Assembly (NCBI RefSeq): GCF_018977255.1 | Contig: NW_024704743.1 | Location: forward strand, 20,710,001 to 20,774,000 | DNA: 64,000 nt | Reading direction: 5' to 3' | Origin: Callorhinchus milii | Taxonomy: Eukaryota | In this document: positions 1-12,578 of the stretch, piece after piece | How positions within the stretch are numbered: position 1 is the stretch's first letter | Layout: every line of letters starts with the position of its first letter | The notes under the pieces: model-generated | The model's input: the letters and a program-made list of their open reading frames with translations, nothing else | Told to the model about the DNA's origin: nothing | The model's database searches: none | Translations under genes and position numbers: made by a program

Positions 1-120
1 GTGATACTGACAGTGATCCTAATGACTCAACAGTTGGCAATTTTAAACTGAAAATGTGTCATGTGTGCATTCAAACTTCATCGAATAGAGCTTTAGTTTT
101 ATGCTTCAGCTCTGCATATT

Positions 121-352
121 AATAATAATAATAATAATAATCCTTGCATTTGATATAGCGCTTTTCACGTCGGGAGGACGTCCCAAAGCGCTTCACAGAA
201 CACACTGTAAAGTGAATTGACTGTATATTTGTGGGCGAACGCGGCAGCCAATTGCGCACAGCAATGTCCCACAAACAGTCGTAGATTGAAAATGACCAAT
301 TTAATTATTGTTTTTTTTTTTGGAGGGATTATTATTAGGCGTGTGGAGTAAG
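121..352 (-). mobile_element. 5'-truncated copy of the young SINE
   Basis: Nearly identical to 6875-7105. Confidence 0.9.
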
Positions 353-455
353 CTCAGCCAATATTGATAAGCACCTTGGGACACCCTCTGGGACGTCCTC
401 CGGACGTGAAAGGCACTAGACAAATGTAATTTATTGTTGTTGTTGTCCTGATATT

Positions 456-812
456 GAATCCTGTAGCTTAGTGGTCATAGCACTCTCCTCGCAAGCGTGA
501 AGAGCTGGGTTCACTTTCCGGCAGGTTGAAACTTTGGGCAAGTTTCCTCACTCCACACGCCTCTGTTTACCTAGCAGTAAGTAGGAACCTGGTTCTTAGT
601 CGATTGGCAGATTGCTTTTCCAGGGGTAATAATTCCTTCAAAAATATAATAATAATAAATTGGTCACTTCAATCCACGATTAATTCACTGCCACATTTCG
701 CCCACAAAAATATACAATCAATTCACTTTACGATATATTCTGTGAAGCTCTTTGAGATGTCTCAAAGTCGGAATAAGGCGCTATATCAAATGCAAGATTA
801 TTATTATTATTA
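456..812 (+). mobile_element. Older tRNA-derived SINE copy (longer subfamily)
   Basis: gaatcctgtagcttagtgg head, ctgtttacctagcagtaagtaggaacc insert, (TTA)n tail. Confidence 0.85.
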
Positions 813-1246
813 ATCAATGGCAAACATGAGTTCATCTGACGTCATCTAACCTAAAATGAGCCGAAGACTGCATTTAAGCATGTGACTCGGAAAAAATAAG
901 GCCTTTACAGAACTTAAAAGAGAGTTAATATTAGTGATCATGGTTTGGTGAAACCAAGAAATAACCTACAGATTTACAACGTCATCTGTAAGACTTTTGG
1001 CAAAAAATCCTATCCTTACTGTACGTTTTAATGCAAGTGATTGTTTGGTTCAAGAAAGATTTCCCCATGGAGAAGAAAGTACATTAACAACAATCAGGTT
1101 GAACTGAAGAAAGTAAAATGTAACTCATAAGAACAATTGGTGCATGTGGCTTTCAGATGTAATTTGTTTACTCTGCCAACTATTTCTAGATATCCCCAGG
1201 GGCCATGTAAAATATTGAATATGAGGCAACTGTTGGATGGAGCCAA

Positions 1247-1521
1247 ATAATAATAATAATAATAATAATAATAATCCTTGCATTTGATATAGCGCTTTTC
1301 ACGTCAGGAGGACGTCCCAAAGCGCTTCACAGAACACACTGTAAAGTGAATTGACTGTATATTTGTGGGCGAACGCGGCAGCCAATTGCGCACAGCAATG
1401 TCCCACAAACAGTCGTAGATTGAAAATGACCAATTTAATTATTGTTTTTTTTTTGGAGGGATTATTATTAGGCGTGTGGAGTAAGGAAACTTGCCCAAGG
1501 TTTCGCCCTGCCTGGAATTGA
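1247..1521 (-). mobile_element. Young SINE cut by the gap
   Basis: Nearly identical to 6875-7142. Confidence 0.9.
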
Positions 1522-1546
1522 NNNNNNNNNNNNNNNNNNNNNNNNN
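1522..1546. other. Assembly gap (25 N)
   Basis: Run of N directly abutting the outer end of the left arm. Confidence 1.
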
Positions 1547-4500
1547 CTTCAAAGCCCTCCACGGTCTTGCTCCCCCCTACCTCTGCAACCTCCTAACTCC
1601 CTACTATCCTGTTCACTCCCTCCGCTCAGTGGGCTCCGGCCTGCTTCACATCCCCTGCCTCGCTTGCCCCACTCTGCCCCCCACCCTCTGGAGCTCCATC
1701 TCGCAGCTTCTCCAACTCACCCCTCCTTTGCCACCTTCAAGACCCATCTCAAGACCTTCCTCTTCGACCGTGCTTTTGATCTCCCTGCTTCCCCCCTGCC
1801 CTCCACCCTCCCCACCCCGACCTCCAGCTCGGATCCGTAACTTTGTCTGTCCAGCACCTTGGGACGTCCTCCCGACTTGAAAGGCACTTTACAAATGTAA
1901 TTTTGTTGTTGTTGTTAGCCTCAAGACCACTGTCTTAACATTTAAGATGATACCAAATTTTGGAAAACTCTTAAATTTAGTCTTAATTAGAAAACCCGTT
2001 GAAGGACTGAATTTAAGAATTTTCCAAAATTCTGCACAATCACAGTGACCAATTATTCCCATAAGACTCATCATTGCGTGTTATGTTTTTCCATTAAGAT
2101 ATCAACCTTGCTGAGTTGGTAACACTTTCGGCTCGGAGTCAGAACGTTGTGGGTTCAACCCCCATATTAAGAATTCGAACTCGCATAGCCAGTGTCAGCC
2201 AATTCAGTGTCGGAGGAACAACAATACAACTTATATAGTGCTCTCCAGGCAGGGTAGCATCTCAGATCGCTTAACAGTGGCAGTGCCTGATTCCAAGCCA
2301 GGGGAGAGGGGACGTGGCCATAAGCATGGTCAAAGAGGAAAGTTTTCAGGCGGGACTCAAAAGAGGGGAGAGAGGGGGCAAGGCGGACGGATTGAGCGAG
2401 AGTGTTCCAGAATTTTGGGGCATAGTGGCTGAAAGCACGATCTTCGATGGTGGGGCAGAGGGTGCGAGGGACGAGCAGGAGGCTGGTTCCAGTTGAGCGG
2501 AGGCGCCTGGTGGTGGATTGGGGAGCGAGGAGGTCGGAGAGGTAGGGAAGTGCCAGGGAGCAATGCATTGGCAGATGAGACATTAAACTTGGGTGCTTTC
2601 AACCTAATAAAGTGGATGTTAAAGATACCATGACACTACTTGGACTATGCAATGCTTCTCTAGTGTTAATTGCTTTTGAAATAGGGAGCACCCCAGTTTT
2701 TGCTCTTCTGTACATGTTTGTGGTACACTAATTTCATTTGCCGCTAGCTTAAGTATCCTTGATCATCAATATCACTTCCTAAACCATCTCCTCAGCCCCC
2801 AGTAAATCATCAATTTAAATATGTCACCCAACACAATATTAAAGCCACCAAAGTTCTTCAATTTCCACAGAACAGGATCCTAATCACTAGTTTTGAACGA
2901 ATTCCCACCTGAGTTCTTGCATCTGCATCACAAGCTAATGCAGCCACGACTTGTGCAGCCTTACTCTGCACCACTGTGTTGGTGGACTTCAATGGTTCCA
3001 CAATGGCAGTCATAGCTCCATAATATTGGATACTACTGCGTGAAGATTCTTGAAGGGCCATATTAGTGAGAACGGTAGCAGCATTGGCAACAGCTCCATC
3101 TCCTGATTCAGTCAGAAGTTTGACCAATGGCTCCACACCGTCAGCTTCAAAAACTGCACTAGTTCAAACAAGAAATATTAAGAATAAATTGTTTCCTCTA
3201 AACTGCATTGATAATTTGATAAGGCAAATTAAAGGATGAATATTAGATGTGTCCCATGTAGCTAATTTTTTAGTAACAACTGGTTTGAAAATAATTACAT
3301 TTAAAGGACGTATTTGTTCAGCTCCAGTTTGCCATTCTTACAATCTACCATTATTATAGTCTGCCACTTGTTCAGTCAAACATCTGTTTCCTACGGTTCC
3401 TGTCAATGTGTCTACTCTGTTTTTAAACTGATTGTGAATCATTCCTATTTTTTACTACATTTTATGGAAGGAAACAGAGAGTGAATTTCCATATGGTGAA
3501 GTCCACATTCAGGGTAGGTTTTACACATTTGAAGGAATAGGCTTAATAGCTTTTTTCAATCCAGCTTCATTACATTTTTCCTGACATGTTTCTCATCACT
3601 TCTAGGCTTGATTATTTCAATAACCTTCTTATTATAACCCAACTCTATTTTTTCCACCTCTCTTTGCAACCCCCAGTCCCCTGATGTTCTGTCAGCCTGC
3701 CTGTCAGATTTCAGGGGCTGGATGAGCGCAAATTTCCTTCAACTGAACGCCGACAAGACGGAAGCCATACTCTTTGGCTCTCGTCAACGTCTCAAATCCC
3801 ACAGCTCTCACCTCCTCCACCTACCCGATCTCCCCCTAAAACTTTCCAAACCCGTATGCAACCTTGGCGTCAGGTTCGACCCCCAATTATCCTTCCTCCC
3901 CCACATCCGGTCCCTCACCAGCACTGCTTTCTTCCACCTCCGACGCATCATCCGTTTCCGCAAATACCGCTCTCCGAGCTCTCCGCTCTCCGATTACCAT
4001 CCCAAAAATGTGAAGGGCTTTGGCACAGAGACATAGTCCCATGAAGCAGACTTCACAACCCATGTGCTGACTCCTAGGTCAGTGTCAGCCAACCATGGCC
4101 AGCAATGGTAGCGTTAAGGGGTTGGAGGAACATGCCTTTGCCAGCTGAGCGAGGGATGGGCATAAAAATGGAAATCCACCACTGCATGCCCAGGAGTTTG
4201 ATACAGGCCGCAGAACTGTTTTGGACGAAGATCATGGACGTAAAGAATTTTGGCAAAATGTTTAAATTTAATCATAGTGGAACTAGAATCTTTTGAAGTA
4301 AAGAAGTGATGGGACTCAAATGTAAAAGGCAGTTAATCTGAAGGACCAGGTTTTTATGAGAAACAGATGGGTTCAGTACTAAACACATGACAGTACAGAA
4401 TCCAATCCTGGCACAGTAGCTGAATCCCAGATGACACTTCAGCTGCTACCCTTCAGCTGTTCTTGCTCAGGGTGAGCAAGTAAAAGAGATACACGCCTAG

Positions 4501-7500
4501 GCCATTGAAGAATTTTCCAGAATTCCAGAATCTCACACTTTAAGACAATAATCTTAGACCATGGGAAATTGCAGGCTAAAGGCTTCAGCTGCAAGAACAC
4601 ATGACAAGGCAAACTAATTCAAAGGAAACCTGACAAGTAGTTTATTAAACAAAAAGCACTTACGTAGCATTGGTGGGATTAGCGGTTGTTAGATTTGCTA
4701 GAGCTAGAGCTGCAGCTTCTTTAACGTCCTCATTGTCACTGACCAGCAACCGAACCAGTTGAGGAATGCCAACTGCAAATAGTTTAAAGATATGTTTTCA
4801 GCTCTACATACATACAATCTTCTATTAGCGAAATGACTGTTTCTACAAACACAATTTAACGTTTGAAAGGTTTTACAATTTATTCATACTTACGTTCTTT
4901 TTTGAAAGCCTCTTTGCTACTACTAAGTTCACACATAACAGACACAGCTTGGCAAGCAGCTATTTTGATTCCATCATTGTTGACTCCCAAAAGATTTACC
5001 AGTGCTTTTTCTACACCTTGCTCATGGAAAAATTTTCTGTTCTCACCTTATTGTATTAAAAAGAAATAGAGTTGATTATTTTTTAAAACAAACACTATTA
5101 TGAATTATTATAAGAACATAAGCAATAGGAGCAGGAATAGGCCATTTGGCCCCTCAAGCCTGCCCCGCCATTTAATAACATCATGGCTGATCTTCTAACC
5201 TAATTATTTGCTACAAGTAATTATTGAACCTAAGAATATAACTATAATAGAGAATCAGACCAGGTTTTGAGGAGAATCAATATTTGGGGGGAAAAGCAAG
5301 GAATTGAAATTAGATTAGCGAGCTCCAGTCAAAGAGCCAATGCAAGTATAGACGTGTGGGTTCAAAGCTCACATTGAGCTGACAGTTTAATGTCCCAGTG
5401 TAATATTGGGGAAATGCTTAATTGTCTGTAATGTCATCTCTTGGTGGGACTTTAAACTGAGCCCCTGTGTCTCTTTAGATGGATGTTAAAGATCCCATGG
5501 GTAGTCAAAAACTAAGGGAATTTCTGCTGGTGTCTTCACCAACAATCCTCGAGATAAATTGGTCATTCAGCTCACAACTATTTGTGGACCTTTCTGTAGG
5601 CAAGTGACTGCCATATTTGCCTACAAATACACAATCACTGCCTTAGCAGCAATTAATTATGCATTACATTGAGTCATTTTGGCATTTTGCCATATCAAAT
5701 GTAAGGATATTATTATCTTACTATTGATTATCAAGTCCAGATGGATGCTCCAATGCAGTGTTGAGGATTGAGTTACATTGTTGGAGGTGCTGTATTTTGA
5801 ATGAGATGTTAAATCGAGGTATTGTCTGCCTGTTAAGGTGGACATTAAAGATCCCATAGCACTAGAAAAGAGTTTCTTCCAGTCTCCTGGACAACAATTC
5901 CCCAAACACAACAACACCAACAACAAACTACAAGTGGTTACTCACTTCATGGCTGTTTGTGGGATATTGGTGTGTGCAAATGAGGTGAGTAAACAACTTA
6001 CTCAAGAGTATTACTGGCCAGGACGCAGAGAGTGAATTTGCTGTCACAACCTGTTGCTGCTGCATTTGTCTAGAAAAACAGCTCCTATATTTGGTATAGC
6101 TGTAAAATATTTTGTGTCATTTTGATGTTATAGGTGCAATATTAAATGCTATTATTATTAGAAAATGACAAGCTGTAGAAAGTGTTAATTGTTCCAATTT
6201 TCAAAGCAATGCATCTTAAAAGTAACAAGAAATAAAAATTTGACCTACAGTTACGTGCAGATGCTGTAATGGCTTTGGCCGCCCGCTTCTGTGCCTCTGG
6301 CAGAGTGGATGTAGTTACGAATGTCAGAAACTTTTCTAGGCCTCCTGTTTCGCGGATAACCTGCATAGTTTCTACATCTTCCAGACAGTTTGCTAGTACA
6401 GTCAGTGCTTCTACATGAAGGTCAGTAAAATCCTGAGGAGAGAATAATAATCTGAGGAAGAATCGCTTTAGACATAAGAGACAGACATTAAATGAGTACT
6501 AAGTACTCAGAAAAAAAATTACAAATCTGTTCTAAGTGTGTTTCAAAACAAAAACCTAAATAGTGTATATCACCAAACAGCATCATCATACAAATGATAT
6601 GGGGGAACCATAAATATTTTCAAGTATTAATCCACAATCCCAATAGTATTTTTACAGTAGTTTTGTCAGTAATCTTATTTTTGGAATATTTACTGTTTAA
6701 CCCGCATTTTCTGCATAGAATTTAAGATAACAGATTGCAGCAGGTTGATTAAAATAAATTTAAGTCAATTAGAATTTAGATTTCACTTAAACATTAGTGA
6801 GATCAGGAGGTGCGAATAAAAGAGATTGGTAGTGTTCAAAATATCTGGATGAATGTTGTCCTCTAAGGAAGAGTAATAATAATAATAATAATAATCCTTG
6901 CATTTGATATAGCGCTTTTCACGTCGGGAGGACGTCCCAAAGCGCTTCACAGAACACACTGTAAAGTGAATTGACTGTATATTTGTGGGCGAACGCGGCA
7001 GCCAATTGCGCACAGCAATGTCCCACAAACAGTCGTAGATTGAAAATGACCAATTTAATTATTTTTTTTTTTTTTGGAGGGATTATTATTAGGCGTGTGG
7101 AGTAAGGAAACTTGCCCAAGGTTTCGCCCTGCCTGGAATTGAACTCAGGTCTCTCACTTGCAAAGCGAGTGCTCTAACCACTGAGCTACAGGACTCCACG
7201 TAGCGAGTAGATGTATTTTAATGTGAATAAATGTAAGGTTATGCTCACTGAAACAGGATACATAAAAATTGCACAGGGTGAATGAATGTCCATTAGAAAA
7301 AGAAAGTGATTGGTGTTCATGCCAGTTCTACTAATCAATAGAAAGCAGTTATAATCACATATTGAAGTGTACGTATCAATCGTATTTGACTGCAAGTTTA
7401 AACATTATTTAACCTTTTGCAGATCATTGGTGAGGTCATGTTTGAAATTGAAAGGATTACTTTTCCACACCGTAATGCACATGTGGAATAGATTCTCAGC

Positions 7501-10500
7501 TAACTCAGTCTACTCTTTACTGATTTGTACCTTTAAGAAAGATCTAAATAAACATCTAGTAACGAATGAGATTGAGGGTTCTAAGGATAAAATCTTATTA
7601 AAATAATTGAATGATCTCAACATGATTGCTCTAAAATCTGGCCTTGAAAAATACAACAGATCCCATATGTTCAAAAGATTGATTTTGTTAAAGAGAACTG
7701 AGTTCTGTTGTTTTCCAGTGCAATCTTCATTCTCACAAAAATCAAGTCATTTATTGTTGCATAAACATATCATTTACAGTAATTGCCTGCATTTATTTAT
7801 TACCGGTGTTTCAAGAACTTGCAAGATGCTTTCAAGACCTTTATTCTGACGCAACTGAATTCTGCAATCTGGATCAATGACAATGGGTGTTAGGGTTTGC
7901 AGGGCTAACTGCTGTATAACAGGATATTCAGATTTCAGTAATTCCAGAATTGGAGGAACGCCATTCAATTCGCAAATAGCAGCTCGATTCTGAAAGTCCT
8001 AGAAAACACAGGGAAAATAGTCAAAACAATCTCTGTGATTTGTTTCAGTGTTGAGTGTACTTCTTTTTAAAAAAACTCAACACTGAAACATTTTTTTTTA
8101 AAAAAGGTACTGAATTCCAGATACAGACAGTAAACCTAAGTTAAGTAATTATACACCATATACTGTATGTGTGTGTATATATATAACATACATATGCATT
8201 ACTATTAAAGTTATTTTAAAGTCAATTACAAGAAGTATTTTTCAAGGCTTCTCAAATCTTAATGGATAACTTTACTGCCCAATGTTAGCAACAACAACCA
8301 CAACAATTTGTATTTATATAGCGCCCTTCATGCAGAGTAGCTTTTCTAGCAGTAAACCTACAAACCAGATGGCCACAAAGTTGATTGTCTTGACTGTGTT
8401 CAGTCAACTAGGGAGCAGTTAAGATGCTACAATTGGTCTTGGCATCCCTGAGCCAGGGAGGGAGTGGATGGTACAAAGTGAATTTGTGTGGACATCCTGG
8501 ATCAGTGGTGATAATAATTGTTGCGCATTATCACATCTTCTAGACGTCCCAAAGCGCTTCTCAGAATATACTGTAAAGTGAATTGACTGTATATTTGTGG
8601 GCGAAACACGGCAGCCAATTGCGAACAGCAGTGTCCCACAAACATTGGTGATAGCAGTAAAGGAAGATTGCTCTCCATTGAAAATGTTGCATCCTGGTGA
8701 TGAAGGGGTGGGTGTACTAAATATTACAAATATTCTCTTTCCAGTATTGACTTAGAATCCTAGATCCACTGTGGTATTTCTGAGTACAAGGTCCTTGCAC
8801 ATTGGGTTGAAAATGCATTCTTCAGAAGAACAATAGTACTTCAAACCTTGCGACAAAGAACATCTTCCAGAACCCCACATACGTCCTGCTGACCTTTATA
8901 CTGCTATTTACCTGATGAACTCTTTTACAACCATTGCCATCTCCCCCCACCCCCAGCAAATGTAAAGGTTATATTTACGGAATTGGTTGGAAGTATGAGA
9001 AATATACTGATGATTATACTTCATTATTGTGTAGTGCACAATTTTATGTTCATTCTGCATTAAGCTTCATTAAGTAATGTACAACAATACCAATTTGAAC
9101 CTGCTTGTTTTTAAATGCTGCTTTTTCAAATATCTATTTAATTTCCTAGTTAATAAATGCACTCTATCTCATCAACACAATCCAACCACCTATCTCTATG
9201 TTCAGATTTTATTTCCCAAATTGCCTTAATTTTTAATTGATTTTCTTAAATGTGTGCCCTCTCATTATCAATGGAAATGATCTATTAATATTTACCCTAC
9301 TGTAATCATTCCAAACTCCACGCAATATTATTATTATTAGCCCTCTTTGTAATCTCATGACAAATGGTTTGGTCAAAATTTAGTTTAGTTGATCACCTCT
9401 TATTTTGCAATCAGCAACTTGAAACTTTTTTTTAAGGTTCTCTTATCCCTTATAAACCATGAAATGTAACTTTTTTTATTATTGTTGGAAAATAAGAGTG
9501 ATTCTCTAGCTGAAGGTATTTTACTAAATTTGGGCATATTATTCTCTGTTGTTTGTTTGGTAAGTTTACTAACCTTAGAGTTTGTTTATCATAGAGATAT
9601 ACTATAAGCTCATAGCACCACTCTAAAATCAGATCCTTCACTTATGAAGGCTAACAAACTTATCAAAAATCAGAGACTTGTCACTACAGATCTCGATTAT
9701 AAACAGAGAAAAGGAAATACCACCTTAACTAAATTTGAAATAGATTCAACAGAATTCTTTAAGACATCAGGATCAGAGCTTGACAGAAGGCGGATGAGTG
9801 GTTCGAGTCCACCATGCTCAAAAATTTCCACTTTGCTGGTGTAGTCAACAGAAATGGAAGCTAGGCAGAGAGTAGCAAGTTCATGGACAATCACATCCTC
9901 TGCAAGCAAAACGAAACAGACAATAAAATATTTCTTATTAATTATTCTGAAAGTTGTCATCTTTCAATAATTTTGATTCATGTTTGTGTGTCTTTTCAAA
10001 AAGAAGGATATCTGTCTAGGCATGAGATTGATTACACTTAGCCTACGCTGAGAAAATTAAATACTGTACTTCAAGGACACATTGAAATATGTAGGGTTTT
10101 CTGTCAAGAATAGCCAAATGGGAACAAATTGAGACAACACAAAAATGGATAAATATTCTGGATTTTTCTTGATTACTTTTGGGGATTAGGGTTAGTTATA
10201 CAACTGCTTTCTCAAGAGATTGGATGAGTAGAATGAGTCAATGAAATTAATAATTAGAGATTGTTTCTGGATTTGATGGGACAAATGATTACTCCACAGT
10301 TTTCTATGTTCATAACGGAGATCAACCCTGAAACTCATCTCAACTATTCAGTTACAGTTGGGAAATTCTGCCAAGGACAGAGGCAAGGAAATCCTCTTGG
10401 CTGATGACACCCTAGAATGTCTATTTCAGTCTATTCTGCATAAAGCTAAGGGATGTAAGGCTTCATAGACAAGCTCTGCAAATTAAAATTAAAAATATTT

Positions 10501-10738
10501 GCCCTCAACTACAGTAACTACATTTTACAGTAATTACTGGAGGGCTTTAATAAGTTTGGATGACTTGATAAGGTGCTATATAAAATGCAACGAGTATTAT
10601 TAATGATCCAGAATTACCTTCTGGTCCTAGACATGCAATAATTGATGTTAGAAATCCACTTTCTTCAAAACTTTTCGTACTTCAACTGAAAAGAAAAACA
10701 GAGAAAAATAGCTGAGCTCACTAATTGGAAAAATGTCT
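1547..10738. repeat. Left arm (~9.19 kb) of giant inverted duplication
   Basis: Reverse complement of 12457-21652. Mirrored ORFs have a constant coordinate sum of ~23195-23199 (e.g. 2858..3136- vs 20061..20339+; 9697..9960- vs 13236..13499+). Confidence 0.98.
2909..10685 (-). pseudogene. ARMC3: Partial inverted copy of ARMC3 (7 exons: 10685-10618, 9899-9724, 7998-7804, 6432-6249, 5046-4894, 4772-4664, 3158-2909); pseudogene or assembly duplicate
   Basis: Mirror of the + strand exons with the same AG/GT sites. The first exon is 68 nt vs 69 nt (1-nt loss in a T run: GGATTTCT vs GGATTTTCT), giving a frameshift. Truncated by the gap. Confidence 0.85.
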
Positions 10739-11190
10739 ATTTGGGGGATATTTGTTGGGCAGGACACTGGGAGAGAGAAACACCCTTCTCTTTTTGAATC
10801 GTGCCAAGGTTCGATTCCCGGGAGGGTCGGGGCAAAACCTAAGGCAAGTTTCCTTACTCCACACACACACAACATTGTTTATCGAGCAGTGCGTAGGAAC
10901 CCAGTTGTTAGTCAATTGGTGGATGGTTTTTCTGATGGTAATAATCCCTTCAAAAAATAATAAAAATTAAAAAAAAGTAGTAATGTGGTCACTGAATCCA
11001 TGAATGTTTGTGGGACTTTGCCGTGCGCAATTGGCTGCCACGTTTCACCCACAAAATACACAGTCAATCCACTTTACAGTACATCCTGCGAAGCGCTTTG
11101 AGACGTCTCAAAGACGTGATACGGCGCTGTATCGAACGCAAGAATTGTTATTATGGGAATCTTTAATGTCCACCTGAACAGGCAGACAGG
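10739..11190. mobile_element. DeuSINE-like fragment (-) interrupted by a 5'-truncated tRNA SINE (+, ~10808-11153)
   Basis: caggacactggg...gaatcgtgcca | SINE | tgggaatctttaatgtccacctgaacaggcagac rejoins as the rc of the Deu-domain AAAGATCCCATGGCAC...GTGTCCTG. Confidence 0.75.
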
Positions 11191-11274
11191 GGTGGGAGGG
11201 GGAAGAAAGAGGTTGGAAAGTGGAATAATTTTGTTAATTTTAAATACAGTACATTATTTTTATTATTATTATTA

Positions 11275-11450
11275 CTCCCACCCACCCCTTCCATCCCACC
11301 TCTCCCCTTCCCCATCCACCCAACCCTCTCCATCCACCCAACCCTCTCCCCATCCATCCACCCAACCCTCTCCCCATCCCCTCCCCACCCACCATCCCCA
11401 ACCACATAACCCCACCACCCCTCCACTTAACCCCTCCCCCTCCCCACCTC
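11275..11450. repeat. C-rich low-complexity tract (CCATCCACCCAACCCTCTC-like units)
   Basis: Direct reading. Confidence 0.9.
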
Positions 11451-11577
11451 CGTGAGTCACGTGGCAGATGCCGTCGCTGCTTCCTGGAGTGATGACGTGT
11501 GTACGCGGTGGGTTGTTGTGGCGTTGCCTGGTAACGGGCGGCCGGGGCCTGGGAGCCGCTGACTGACTCGGGTAAGT
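11450..11577 (+). promoter_or_regulatory. Putative ARMC3 promoter / non-coding first exon with splice donor
   Basis: Locally CpG-rich. TGAGTCA overlapping GTCACGTGG (11453-11464), TGACGT (11493), RFX X-box GTTGCCTGGTAAC (11523-11535), consensus donor CGG|GTAAGT at 11571/11572. Confidence 0.6.
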
Positions 11578-11669
11578 TTCAGTCAAACACATTCCCGGTT
11601 TACCTTCAACTTAACTTGCAATTTGGTTCTCTTTTTTGGTTTGTATTTAGTTCTTCCCTCGGCCTGGAC

Positions 11670-12456
11670 ACCCAGCCCAGCCCCCCCACCCCCCCAGCCC
11701 AGCCCCCCCCTCCATCCCCAGCCTCCCCCCCATCCCCCCCAGCCTCCCCCCATCCCCAGCCCAGCCCCCCCACCCCCCAGCCCCCCCCCATCCCCAGCCC
11801 AGCCCCCCCCCATCCCCAGCCCCCCCACCCCACATCCCCAGCCCAGCCCCCCCCCATCCCCAGCCCCCCCCCATCCCCAGCCCCCCCCACCCCCCCCATC
11901 CCCAGCCCCCCCATCCCCAGCCCAGCCCCCCACCCCCAGCCCCCCCCATCCCCAGCCCCCCCATCCCAGCCCCCATCCCCAGCCCCCCCCCCATCCCAGC
12001 CCAGCCCCCCATCCCCAGCCCCCCACCCCCCCATCCCCAGCCCCCCCACCCCCCCACCCCACCCCATCCCCAGCCCAGCCCCCCCACCATCCCCAGCCCA
12101 GCCCCCCCCCATCCCAGCCCAGCCCCCCCCCATCCCCAGCCCCCCCCATCCCAGCCCCCCCCACGCCCAGCCCCCCCACCCCCCCCCATCCCCAGCCCAG
12201 CCCCCCCCCCAGCCCCCCCATCCCCAGCCCCCCCCATCCCCAGCCCCCACCCCCCCCCACCCCAGCCCAGCCCCCCCATCCCCCCCACCCAGCCAGCCCC
12301 CCCCCATCCCAGCCCAGCCCCCCAACCCCAGCCCCCCCCAGCCCAGCCCCCACCATCCCCAGCCCAGCCCCCCGACCCCCCACTCCAACCCATGCCCCCA
12401 CCCCAGCCCCCCACCTCAACCCCAGCCCAGCCCCCCACCCTACATCCCCAGCCCCC
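11670..12456. repeat. ~790-bp C-rich degenerate tandem repeat (CCCCAG / CCCCAT / CCCAGCCCAG units)
   Basis: Direct reading. Explains the Pro-rich and Gly-rich ORFs in all six frames. Confidence 0.95.
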
Positions 12457-12509
12457 AGACATTTTTCCAATTAGTGAGCTCAGCTATTTTTCTCTGTTTT
12501 TCTTTTCAG

Positions 12510-12578
12510 TTGAAGTACGAAAAGTTTTGAAGAAAGTGGATTTTCTAACATCAATTATTGCATGTCTAGGACCAGAAG
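12510..12578 (+). CDS. ARMC3: ARMC3 coding exon (~human exon 5), [23 protein letters not shown]
   Basis: ttttcag| ... |gtaatt; 69 nt; resembles NDVKKLLRELDVMNSVIAQLAPE of mammalian ARMC3. Confidence 0.88.

Noticed and set aside
2909..10685. A second functional armadillo-repeat paralogue on the minus strand
   Set aside because: Introns and TEs are near-identical to the + copy, it is partial, has a frameshift and ends at a gap.
11583..12530. 260-304-aa Pro-rich and Gly/Trp-rich ORFs (extensin- or formin-like)
   Set aside because: Open in nearly all frames on both strands only because the C-rich repeat lacks stop codons; no real coding signature.
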